This document shows positions 26,712 to 35,388 of a stretch of 64,000 nt of DNA, one piece after another. The stretch covers positions 11,970-75,969 of the forward strand of contig JACRHB010000220.1 of assembly GCA_016217725.1 (NCBI GenBank), written 5' to 3'. A program made the translations under genes and the position numbers. Source of the stretch: Nitrospirota bacterium (GTDB lineage Bacteria > Nitrospirota > Thermodesulfovibrionia > UBA6902). The notes beneath the pieces were generated by a model. It saw only the letters and a program-made list of their open reading frames with translations, was not told the origin of the DNA and made no database searches. The first letter of the stretch is position 1. Every line of letters starts with the position of its first letter.

Positions 26712-28134
26712 AGAGAAACAGCTTTTTGAACCAAAGACACAAGCCCTTCCACATCAAATAGAAGCTACTAATTATATTAATAATCACCAGGAGGTAGCTT
26801 TATTTGATGAGCAGGGATTGGGAAAAACAAAGATCGTCATTGATTCATTATGCTGTTCAATGAAGCACGGTGAAATTGAAGGGGTGCTTGTGGTATGTCC
26901 CATGTCTCTTATATACAATTGGGAGCAGGAGGTGCATAAACATTCTTTTCTTATTCCGGTTGTGCTTAAGGGCAGTGATAGAGAAAAAAGATATAAATTC
27001 ATGACAGGCGCAAACTTTTATATCACCAATTATGAAGCTGTTGTTGCTGAGACAAACAGAATAAAACGGTTTTGTAAGAGCCGCAAGGTTGCAATTGTGC
27101 TCGACGAATCTGCCCGCATAAAAGACCCTGCTACAAAAACCGCACAAGCGCTATTTGATTTGAGACCATTTTCAACAAAGAGAATAATCATTACCGGAAC
27201 CCCTGTTGCGAATAAGCCGATTGATCTATGGTCACAGTTTTATTTCCTTGATGGCGGGAAACTGTTCAGTGAAGACTTTAATGATTTCAAGGCAGAATTC
27301 AATGAGCGGCATACCTTATACAAGGATAATCTCGCTGAATTAAACACCATTGTTTCAGCCAACTCTCTCCGTCGCTGCAAAGACGATGTACTTGAACTTC
27401 CTGATAAGAGATTCATCAACGTATATGTCCGTCTTAAAGGGAAGCAGCTTGAACTCTACAATCAACTTCGCGAGGAATTAAAAATTGAAGTGCAGGACAT
27501 GGAGGGGAATGTTTTTGTTGATGAGGCCGAAAATATTCTCAAGAAATTACTCAGACTGACACAGATTGCAAGCAATCCTCTTTTAATTGATAAGGGGTAT
27601 GATGAGACTCCTTCCAAATTTATTATGCTTGATGACTTGCTCAACGATATTGCAGCAAGAAAGGAAAAGGCTATAATTTGGACAGGCTTTGTTGAAAATA
27701 TAATTATTTTAAAAAACAGGTTCAAACAATATAAGCCATTAATCATTCATGGTGATATTCCGGTTAAGGAACGGGCAGAAGCGGTCAAGGTCTTTCAGGA
27801 GTCAGAGAACAATATTATAATGATTGCAAATCCTTCTGCTGCACGTGAAGGGCTTACACTTACGAAGGCGAATAATGCGATTTACGTAGACAGAAATTTC
27901 AATCTTGTAGATTATTTGCAATCACAGGATAGAATACATAGAATATCTCAGACAAAAGAGTGTAATATATTCAAAATTCTTGCAAAAGATACAATTGATG
28001 AATATATTGATAGGGTCATTGATGTAAAAAAAGAAATAGCTGGTTATGTTCAAGGCGATTTAAAGAAAGTAAAAGTTGAAAGCCTTAATTTTCTTTTAAA
28101 CAAAACTGAACTCTTATGTATTCTTGGGGGGTAA
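26704..28134 (+). CDS. SNF2-family DEAD/DEAH-box helicase (compact, 476 aa), island gene 3
   Basis: Walker A DEQGLGKT, DExH VLDESARIKD, SNF2 motif TGTPVANKPIDLW, helicase-C motif VI QSQDRIHRISQ; 8-nt overlap with gene 2. Confidence 0.85.
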   Translation: MIKEKQLFEPKTQALPHQIEATNYINNHQEVALFDEQGLGKTKIVIDSLCCSMKHGEIEGVLVVCPMSLIYNWEQEVHKHSFLIPVVLKGSDREKRYKFMTGANFYITNYEAVVAETNRIKRFCKSRKVAIVLDESARIKDPATKTAQALFDLRPFSTKRIIITGTPVANKPIDLWSQFYFLDGGKLFSEDFNDFKAEFNERHTLYKDNLAELNTIVSANSLRRCKDDVLELPDKRFINVYVRLKGKQLELYNQLREELKIEVQDMEGNVFVDEAENILKKLLRLTQIASNPLLIDKGYDETPSKFIMLDDLLNDIAARKEKAIIWTGFVENIIILKNRFKQYKPLIIHGDIPVKERAEAVKVFQESENNIIMIANPSAAREGLTLTKANNAIYVDRNFNLVDYLQSQDRIHRISQTKECNIFKILAKDTIDEYIDRVIDVKKEIAGYVQGDLKKVKVESLNFLLNKTELLCILGG

Positions 28135-29170
28135 TGTGCCTGTAGAAACAATCACCGTATTAGGCAGAGATATAACTTATGAAATAAAAAATGTTGATAT
28201 ACACAACCTTGAATACTATCCGGAAAACCCTCGAATCAACTATATAATCAGCAGATATCCTCGTGGGAAAGTCACGCAGGATTTCATTGAACAAGAACTC
28301 TTAAAGTTAGATTCAACAAAGGAAAGGATAAAAGACCTCGAAGAAAATAAAGGTCTTTTAGATGAAGTCTATGTCGTTGAAAATAAAGTGGTCGAGGGAA
28401 ATACGCGGCTCTGTGCTTACAGAAGGTTGAGTCGAAAATATCCTGATGACACGCGATGGAAACGCATCAAATCCCGTATTCTTAAAGGTAAGATCAAAGA
28501 TGAAGAGCTTTTCTATATACTTGGCACTTTTCATATTAAAGGAAAGACAGAATGGGATGCATATGAAAAGGCCGCATATATACACAAAATGATCAGGATC
28601 CTCAATAAAAATCCTGAAGACATTGCAAAGCAATTAGGGAAACAGAAAAAGTCTATAGAAGCCATGCTAAGGGCATATGACGTTATGTCGAAAAAATACC
28701 TTACATCCTCTAATGAACCATCACTTGTAAACGGTGCGAGAGATGAACTTAAGAAATACAGTTACTTTGAGGCATTTTTTCTCCAAAAAGAACTGGCAAA
28801 AAAATCAGAGGATACTCCTGACTTTATCGATCAGTTTGTTGAATGGGTAAAGGAAGATAGGTTCAAGAAGGCGCAGAATGTTCGAGAGTTGCCAAAGATA
28901 TTAAGTCATAAGAAGGCGACGAAGGCTTTTTATGAAGGGGATGCTGAGGATGCATTTGATGAAGCCAAGCATATTCTTTATGAGCATAAGCCGGAGAAGG
29001 TTGACAGATTCTATAAAAAGGTAAGAGAATTTCGAGAGTTGATCCACGAGGCTGAGGCGTTTAAAATAAGAGATGAAATTGAGAGCAACAAGAATAAGAA
29101 AAATGAGTTAAGAGAGTGTTATAAAGATTTAAAGAGGTTTTGTAAGGAAGTGGGATTGGATGCTCAATAA
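28124..29170 (+). CDS. ParB/Srx-fold domain protein, paralog 2, island gene 4
   Basis: LEYYPENPRINYI and VVEGNTRLCAYRRL motifs; 11-nt overlap with the SNF2 gene. Confidence 0.55.
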   Translation: MGGNVPVETITVLGRDITYEIKNVDIHNLEYYPENPRINYIISRYPRGKVTQDFIEQELLKLDSTKERIKDLEENKGLLDEVYVVENKVVEGNTRLCAYRRLSRKYPDDTRWKRIKSRILKGKIKDEELFYILGTFHIKGKTEWDAYEKAAYIHKMIRILNKNPEDIAKQLGKQKKSIEAMLRAYDVMSKKYLTSSNEPSLVNGARDELKKYSYFEAFFLQKELAKKSEDTPDFIDQFVEWVKEDRFKKAQNVRELPKILSHKKATKAFYEGDAEDAFDEAKHILYEHKPEKVDRFYKKVREFRELIHEAEAFKIRDEIESNKNKKNELRECYKDLKRFCKEVGLDAQ

Positions 29171-30185
29171 GCCAAAGGAGAGGATCATGAAAAGAACATT
29201 TAAGGCGATTGAAATGGTACAAAATAAATGGAAGTTTTATGTGTTTAGTATAAAATCCGACTTGTTATACAAAATAGCTTATATCAGTAGGAGACACGAG
29301 AATAAGGAAGAAGGATATCAGCGAAATCTGTCAAAAAAACGCGCAAGAGAAATATATGATTATATTTTTACCTTACACGGTGTTATCCCCAATAATATTA
29401 TTCTGAACTTTGATACGAATCTAAATTATGATACAAAAAGTCAGACAATTTCCTTTAAAGATGATGAAAATATTGCGTGGATTATTGATGGTCAACATAG
29501 GCTGTATGGCTTGTCTTTAAGCAAAAAACCCATTGATGTTATGGTGGTAGCTTTTGAGAAATTAGATATACAAAATCAAGCAAAAATATTTAGGGTAATT
29601 AACTCCACCCAAAAAGGTGTTAATGCGTCACTTATCTATGATCTTATTGACTTGGTTAAAGATGCGAGTTTTCTTGAGGAACGTGCTCATGAACTTGCAA
29701 AAAAACTCAATAGCGACCCGGAGTCACCATGGTATATGCAAATAAAAATGTTGGGGATAGGGGCTGGCCTGATTTCTCAAAGCGCATTTGTAAATAACTT
29801 AATACTTTTGTTGGATGAAGAAAGACGGGCACCATTGCAGGTATATACAGAAGAAGAGCAATATGGCATATTAAAAAATTATTTCAATGCAGTCAAATAC
29901 TCATTCCCAAATGACTGGGGACAGGCGAATTCCTTACTCACTAAGACAATGGGATTTTACTCATTAATAGCCGTACTGCCAACTGTTTTACAAATGTGCT
30001 CAGGCAACTTTACGACTGATTCGGTAATTAAAATACTTGAACCAATAAAGGATTATAATTTTGCAAGTAGTGGACCATTGAAAGGCGTTTCCGGCAAGGC
30101 TGGGGTTGAGAGAATCACATCTGAAATAAACTCTCTTTTAACAGCAACAAGGAAATCAAAGAAGACGCCGATAATAAAGCTTTAA
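29160..30185 (+). CDS. DGQHR-domain protein (DndB/DpdB-like ParB-superfamily), island gene 5
   Basis: GYQRNLSKKRAREIYDYI ... WIIDGQHRLYGL: the diagnostic DGQHR motif, plus an FxxxN motif (FRVINSTQ); 11-nt overlap with gene 4. Confidence 0.8.
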   Translation: MLNKPKERIMKRTFKAIEMVQNKWKFYVFSIKSDLLYKIAYISRRHENKEEGYQRNLSKKRAREIYDYIFTLHGVIPNNIILNFDTNLNYDTKSQTISFKDDENIAWIIDGQHRLYGLSLSKKPIDVMVVAFEKLDIQNQAKIFRVINSTQKGVNASLIYDLIDLVKDASFLEERAHELAKKLNSDPESPWYMQIKMLGIGAGLISQSAFVNNLILLLDEERRAPLQVYTEEEQYGILKNYFNAVKYSFPNDWGQANSLLTKTMGFYSLIAVLPTVLQMCSGNFTTDSVIKILEPIKDYNFASSGPLKGVSGKAGVERITSEINSLLTATRKSKKTPIIKL

Positions 30186-30187
30186 TC

Positions 30188-31021
30188 ATGTTCCATAAAA
30201 TCGTTGCTAATTTTAGAGAAGTTAGTGGAGTGTGTGAAGGGTTTGTAAAAGATGCTGTCAGAACAAATCCTGCATTACCGTTATCTTTAATTACACATAA
30301 ATTCCAACCGTTTTATTCTAATGAGTTGAAAAATAAATTTTTCAAAGAAGTTAACCTTTATTTAGACAAGGCCATGTATCAATACATAATAAGTCGTTCC
30401 CTGTTGCATGAAGGTATTTTTTCTTGGGGAGCAGTAACACAATATTATGCCAATTTCTTTGCAATTTCTGGATTAATAAGGCTACATGAAAATGGATTTT
30501 CAAGGATAGGCAATTTAGATGTAGAGGTTCAACAGCAATCTGATATATATGAAATTAGAAAAACTAAAACAGAGGGACTACACAGAATTGTTTGGTCTAA
30601 ATTTTATGCCCTATACAAAGGGTTTGATTATAAGCCTCAGATCTTTTATACAGTCTATTCACCAATTAATAATAACAATTATTTTGAATCAGACAGGCGC
30701 AATGACATTAACTACAATCCAGCATCAGGATATCAAGAAATTTATCAAACGTATAGCACGGTGAAGTCTTTAATAAAAGAGCGCACAAAAGATGCCTATT
30801 CTGCGGACAAGATTGAATTAGCAAATGAATGGATTGATTCAGATACAAGAACTCAATACAGAATCAGATTGCTCGCAAATATTATTTCTGAAATAGACGC
30901 ACTTAGTCATTTCCCTACTCACGTCAAGGAACGATTAATAAATAGAGAGAAATTTATTCAACGATATGAAACGGACAAAAGATATCGGGTTCGTTTCTTA
31001 GGCTGGTTAACAGGTGAATAG
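30188..31021 (+). CDS. hypothetical protein (277 aa), island gene 6
   Basis: No recognisable motif; AT-rich codon usage as in the rest of the operon; 3-nt gap from gene 5 and 8-nt overlap with gene 7. Confidence 0.5.
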   Translation: MFHKIVANFREVSGVCEGFVKDAVRTNPALPLSLITHKFQPFYSNELKNKFFKEVNLYLDKAMYQYIISRSLLHEGIFSWGAVTQYYANFFAISGLIRLHENGFSRIGNLDVEVQQQSDIYEIRKTKTEGLHRIVWSKFYALYKGFDYKPQIFYTVYSPINNNNYFESDRRNDINYNPASGYQEIYQTYSTVKSLIKERTKDAYSADKIELANEWIDSDTRTQYRIRLLANIISEIDALSHFPTHVKERLINREKFIQRYETDKRYRVRFLGWLTGE

Positions 31022-32396
31022 AATGAATATACTTCTTGTTGAACCAGGTTACAAAAATAAATATCCACCTCTTGGTCTTATGAAAATATCTGCATTCCAC
31101 AAACAGCGCGGTGATAACGTACGTTTTATAAAGGGACTAAACAAAGAGGTCAAAGCACAAATGTGGGATAGAATTTATATAACCACCCTGTTTAGTTTTT
31201 ATTGGAATGAAACTATTAATACTATCAGATACTATGAATACAGCATACAAGACCCTCAGAATCTTTTTATAGGCGGGCCGATGGCAACGCTTATGTCAGA
31301 CGAAATAGAGAAAGAAACAGGATATAGGCCGGTAAAGGGATTACTGAATGAAAAAAGAAAATTGAGGTTGCCGAATGATTATAAAGTTGACAGCCTGGTT
31401 CCCGACTACAGCATCCTTGAACAAATAGAGTACAAGTATCCGGCATCAAACGCCTATTTTGCTCATGCAACAAGAGGCTGTATAAGAAAATGCCCGTTCT
31501 GCGCTGTTCCCAAAATTGAACCTTTTTATACAGATTATATCCCCTTAAAGAAACAGATAATAATGATTAATGAAAAATATGGAGAAAAGAAAGACCTTCT
31601 ATTGCTGGATAACAATGTCCTTGCATCTTCACAATTTGACAAAATAATTGATGAAATCAAAGAAGCGGGGTTTTATAGGGGAGCTAAATTAAATAACAGG
31701 AACAGATACGTAGACTTTAATCAGGGAATAGATCTGAGACTCCTTACGAAAGAGAAAATGAGGCTGTTGGCTGAACTTTCCATAAAGCCTTTGCGAATTG
31801 CCTTTGACCACATTAAATTGGAGAAGGAATACGTTAAAAGAGTAGAGTGGGCTTCTGAATTCGGAATAAACAATTTATCAAATTATATCCTATATAACTT
31901 TCATGACACTCCAGAAGATTTTTATAGACGGTTAGAAATAAACATTGAACTGAATGAAAGATTAGGGACTAAAATATTTTCATTTCCGATGAAATATATC
32001 CCCATAGATAATAGGGATCGAAAGCATAAAGGCAAGTATTGGAATCTTCGATACTTGAGAGGTATTCAATGTATTTTACAAGCCACACACGGAGTCGTAA
32101 GTCCCCAAAGAGAATTTTTTCATGCAGCATTCGGGAGAAACGTCGAAGCTTTCAAAAAGCTTCTTTTAATGCCTGATAACTATATTATCTTTCGCGAAAA
32201 TCACAAGAATAATGGTACTGCTGATTGGGCTAAGATATACGATTCCTTATCTAATGAGCAACAAAAGGAATTTCACGACATAGTTTTTGAGAATCAATTC
32301 AATAATGGATTGCTGTCGAAATATTCAAAGATAAATATTCTCTTAGCTCACTATAAGGTGCCGAAACAACAAGTTTCTCTAAAAGAGCTTTCTTAG
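31014..32396 (+). CDS. radical SAM enzyme with an N-terminal B12-binding-like (Rossmann) domain, island gene 7
   Basis: Canonical CxxxCxxC (ATRGCIRKCPFCAV); the N-terminus MNILLVEPGYKNKYPPLGLMKISAFHKQRGDNVRFI resembles the N-terminal domain of class-B radical SAM enzymes; ~34% GC. Confidence 0.7.
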   Translation: MNRMNILLVEPGYKNKYPPLGLMKISAFHKQRGDNVRFIKGLNKEVKAQMWDRIYITTLFSFYWNETINTIRYYEYSIQDPQNLFIGGPMATLMSDEIEKETGYRPVKGLLNEKRKLRLPNDYKVDSLVPDYSILEQIEYKYPASNAYFAHATRGCIRKCPFCAVPKIEPFYTDYIPLKKQIIMINEKYGEKKDLLLLDNNVLASSQFDKIIDEIKEAGFYRGAKLNNRNRYVDFNQGIDLRLLTKEKMRLLAELSIKPLRIAFDHIKLEKEYVKRVEWASEFGINNLSNYILYNFHDTPEDFYRRLEINIELNERLGTKIFSFPMKYIPIDNRDRKHKGKYWNLRYLRGIQCILQATHGVVSPQREFFHAAFGRNVEAFKKLLLMPDNYIIFRENHKNNGTADWAKIYDSLSNEQQKEFHDIVFENQFNNGLLSKYSKINILLAHYKVPKQQVSLKELS

Positions 32397-32604
32397 TGTA
32401 GAAAGATTTCCAACCTGACAACTATGGCAAGCCATAACACAGAATACAATCCACCCGGAGAAATAATGCAGGAGGAAAATCTTGACTAGGCAGGTAACCC
32501 CGAACAGATACGCCACCCTTATTGAACGTCTTGCGGACATTATCCATTTCGCATGGACAACCGCGCCCGCTTCTTGATATTTTCGTCGTCAAATAGCATG
32601 ATAT

Positions 32605-33777
32605 ATGACGACGATGGCGACAAAGGCGAAAAATCACGATGATATTTATATCGATAGAATATTGAGCCTGCCGGGGCTGTTGGAGAAAAAATCCTATTTC
32701 CTTTTCGGGCCCCGCCAGACGGGGAAATCGTCCCTTATCCGGCATACCCTGAAGGGCGCAAAGGTCTACGACCTCCTGGACACATCGATATTTCTGGCTC
32801 TGAGTCAAAACCCAGGCCGTCTGTCCCAGGAATTGAGCGCCGGAGACCGGATCGTGGTAATCGATGAAATACAGCGCCTGCCCATTCTGCTCAATGAGGT
32901 TCACCGGCTGATTGAAGAGAGAGGCCTTCGTTTTTTGCTCACCGGCTCGAGTGCCCGGAAGCTCCGCGGCGGCGGCGTGAACCTGCTTGGCGGGAGGGCG
33001 CGTACGAAAAATCTGCATCCTCTCACCTGCCGGGAGCTCGGGCGGCATTTCGACCTGTTCCGTGCAATCGAACGCGGCTTGCTGCCGTCCATATATTTTT
33101 CGGATGATCCACGCGCGGATCTTCGCGCCTATGCAGGCTCTTACCTGCAGCAGGAGATTATTGCCGAAGGGGCCGCCCGCAATGTGCCTGCCTTCAGCCG
33201 TTTCCTGAAGGTTGCCGCATTATGCAACGGCACGATCGTCAATTTTACTAATATAGCCAATGATGCCCAGGTGCCCCGCACGACAGTGTACGAGTATTTC
33301 GAGATCCTCAAAGACACTCTTATCCTCCACGAGCTTCCTGCCTGGCGCCGGTCATTAAGGCGCAAGCCTTTGGCCTCCTCGAAGTACTATTTTTTTGATA
33401 TCGGCATAGTGTCGGAGCTGCAGGGTCGAAGATTCAGGCCCGGCACGCCTGAATTCGGAGAGGCCTTTGAGACATATATTATGCATGAGCTCCGAAGCTA
33501 TATCGATTATATTTCTGCCGAGCCTCTCAGCTACTGGCGGTCGACGTCAGGTTTTGAGGTGGATTTCATCCTGGGCGATCATACGGCCATTGAGGTGAAG
33601 GCAAAAGAGAATGTATCGGTACAGGAGCTTAAATCGCTGCGTGCCCTTAAGGAAGAAAAGATATTGAAGCGCTACCTTTGTGTAAGTCTCGAATCCCGTA
33701 CAAGAACGGTCGACGGAATTATTATTCTGCCATACCGGAAATTTCTCGACGGCTTATGGAGCGGAGAGTATTCATGA
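32605..33777 (+). CDS. AAA-family ATPase (AAA_14 plus DUF4143 architecture)
   Basis: Walker A GPRQTGKS, Walker B VVIDEIQ; C-terminal DUF4143-like region; GC-rich (~60%). Confidence 0.85.
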   Translation: MTTMATKAKNHDDIYIDRILSLPGLLEKKSYFLFGPRQTGKSSLIRHTLKGAKVYDLLDTSIFLALSQNPGRLSQELSAGDRIVVIDEIQRLPILLNEVHRLIEERGLRFLLTGSSARKLRGGGVNLLGGRARTKNLHPLTCRELGRHFDLFRAIERGLLPSIYFSDDPRADLRAYAGSYLQQEIIAEGAARNVPAFSRFLKVAALCNGTIVNFTNIANDAQVPRTTVYEYFEILKDTLILHELPAWRRSLRRKPLASSKYYFFDIGIVSELQGRRFRPGTPEFGEAFETYIMHELRSYIDYISAEPLSYWRSTSGFEVDFILGDHTAIEVKAKENVSVQELKSLRALKEEKILKRYLCVSLESRTRTVDGIIILPYRKFLDGLWSGEYS

Positions 33778-33836
33778 TCCTGGGCAAGCTGTGGTAAAAT
33801 CGCTTTGTCCGGTTAAGCCCGGAGAGAGGAGGGCGT

Positions 33837-34367
33837 ATGGAAATCAAAATCAACAAAAGCACATTGTCACTGGTTGAAGGCGATATTACAAAACAGGACA
33901 CGGACGCAATAGTGAATGCGGCGAATAAAACCCTTCGCGGCGGAGGCGGCGTTGACGGGGCGATCCACAGGGCGGGCGGCCCGAAGATCCTTGAGGAATG
34001 TATAAAGATTGGCGGCTGCGAGACCGGCGAGGCTGTGATAACCACGGGCGGGAATCTCAAGGCCAAATATGTAATCCATACGGTCGGTCCGGTTTACAGG
34101 GACGGCCTGCACAATGAGCCGAAGCTTCTTGAGAACGCTTATAGAAACAGTCTGAAACTTGCTTCGTCGAAGGGTATAAAAAGCATCGCCTTCCCGTCAA
34201 TAAGCACGGGAGCTTACGGTTATCCATTGGAAGATGCAGCGGAGATCGCATTAAAGACCGCGATTAATTATCTCTGGGAGCATCCCGACATAGAACTGGT
34301 CCGTTTTGTCCTTTTCGGACAGAAGACGCTTGAGGTTTATGAGAAGAAACTGAAGCCACTGGTTTAG
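33837..34367 (+). CDS. macro-domain protein (O-acetyl-ADP-ribose deacetylase, YmdB/MacroD-like)
   Basis: 176 aa; DIT..DAIVNAAN..L.GGGGVDGAIHRAAG and ...AFPSISTGAYGYP motifs. Confidence 0.9.
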   Translation: MEIKINKSTLSLVEGDITKQDTDAIVNAANKTLRGGGGVDGAIHRAGGPKILEECIKIGGCETGEAVITTGGNLKAKYVIHTVGPVYRDGLHNEPKLLENAYRNSLKLASSKGIKSIAFPSISTGAYGYPLEDAAEIALKTAINYLWEHPDIELVRFVLFGQKTLEVYEKKLKPLV

Positions 34368-34451
34368 CAGGAAACTCAAAGTGTCATGCTGAACTTGTTT
34401 CAGCATCTAAAGACCCTGAACCAAGTTCAGGGTGACAAAATGGGACAAGAT

Positions 34452-35111
34452 TTAGATACCCAGATTGACGTACATGACGTTTTTTGGGCCTTCCGCCTGT
34501 CCCGTCAATTTGCGGTATGCATAAGCGTAAGCCGTCAGTGAGGTCGGGATCGTTGCGAACAGTCCGACAAGCAGGAACAGGGCGCCTGCCAGATTGATGA
34601 GTCCCAGCAGCCCCCCGAGTAAAAACAAATCCCATTTTGCGCCTTCAGTCGCTTTGCCGCTCGCCTTAAGCGCCTCAAGCGGGCCGAGGCCTTTATCGAC
34701 GATGAAGTAAGAGTAAAGACTGAACTTAACTCCCCATATGACGCCGGGGACAATGAATAGGATAAATCCCCCGAGCATAATAAGGGCATAAACCAAAGAG
34801 CTTGCGATAAACGTTAGTAGAAGGTTGAAAGAGGACAGGAGGTCGTCAAGCTGTCCCTTTATGCCGTCGCAAAACTTAAGGCCGATCTTGATAAGGCCCA
34901 TCTGCACGACAAAGCCCAGGACCCAGCTTGCAAAATACAGCGTAACACTTATAAAGGGGAGCGCTTCACGCACGAAGTTCGCTATTATCGCGGGAAGGTT
35001 CTCAATGAGAAAGGCGACGGTAAGAAGCCCGAGGAAGAACCCGATATGGTCCTTCATTATTGCCCATCCGAACTTTACGGCCTCGCCGATTGAAAGCTTT
35101 TTCCCGTCCAT
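34452..35111 (-). CDS. integral membrane protein (6 TM, DUF975-like)
   Basis: 219 aa; six hydrophobic helices; no catalytic motif. Confidence 0.55.
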   Translation of the reverse strand: MDGKKLSIGEAVKFGWAIMKDHIGFFLGLLTVAFLIENLPAIIANFVREALPFISVTLYFASWVLGFVVQMGLIKIGLKFCDGIKGQLDDLLSSFNLLLTFIASSLVYALIMLGGFILFIVPGVIWGVKFSLYSYFIVDKGLGPLEALKASGKATEGAKWDLFLLGGLLGLINLAGALFLLVGLFATIPTSLTAYAYAYRKLTGQAEGPKNVMYVNLGI

Positions 35112-35204
35112 TCCGTCTCTCCTTTATAAAAGCTGTAAGACTTTATCAATATAAGCTGATTATGTCAATGAATAAGAAAAGTTAAAAGTTAAAAGTTGAA
35201 AGTG

Positions 35205-35260
35205 TAGCGTTGGGGTTTATCCCCAACGAAAAAATCGCCCCCAATAAATGAGGGCGCTAC
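35205..35260. repeat. GTAGCG...CGCTAC twin-hairpin element, copy 3, flanked by (AAAAGTT)n words
   Basis: gtagcgttggggtttatccccaacgaaaaaatcgcccccaataaatgagggcgctac, preceded by aaaagttaaaagttaaaagttgaaagt. Confidence 0.55.
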
Positions 35261-35388
35261 TTAACTTTTGATATTCGTGGCTAAACGCCGTTTTCAGGCT
35301 TGTTGAATTGTGTGTTCGGAGGGGAGTGTGAGAGACCGGAGGGAGGCTGTCCCTCCGGTCTGTTCGATTGTTTTATGATCGGAAGCCG

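Noticed and set aside
32422-33048. 208-aa minus-strand ORF
   Set aside because: Antisense to the Walker-motif AAA ATPase; it is Pro/Arg/Gly-rich, as expected for the reverse frame of GC-rich DNA.
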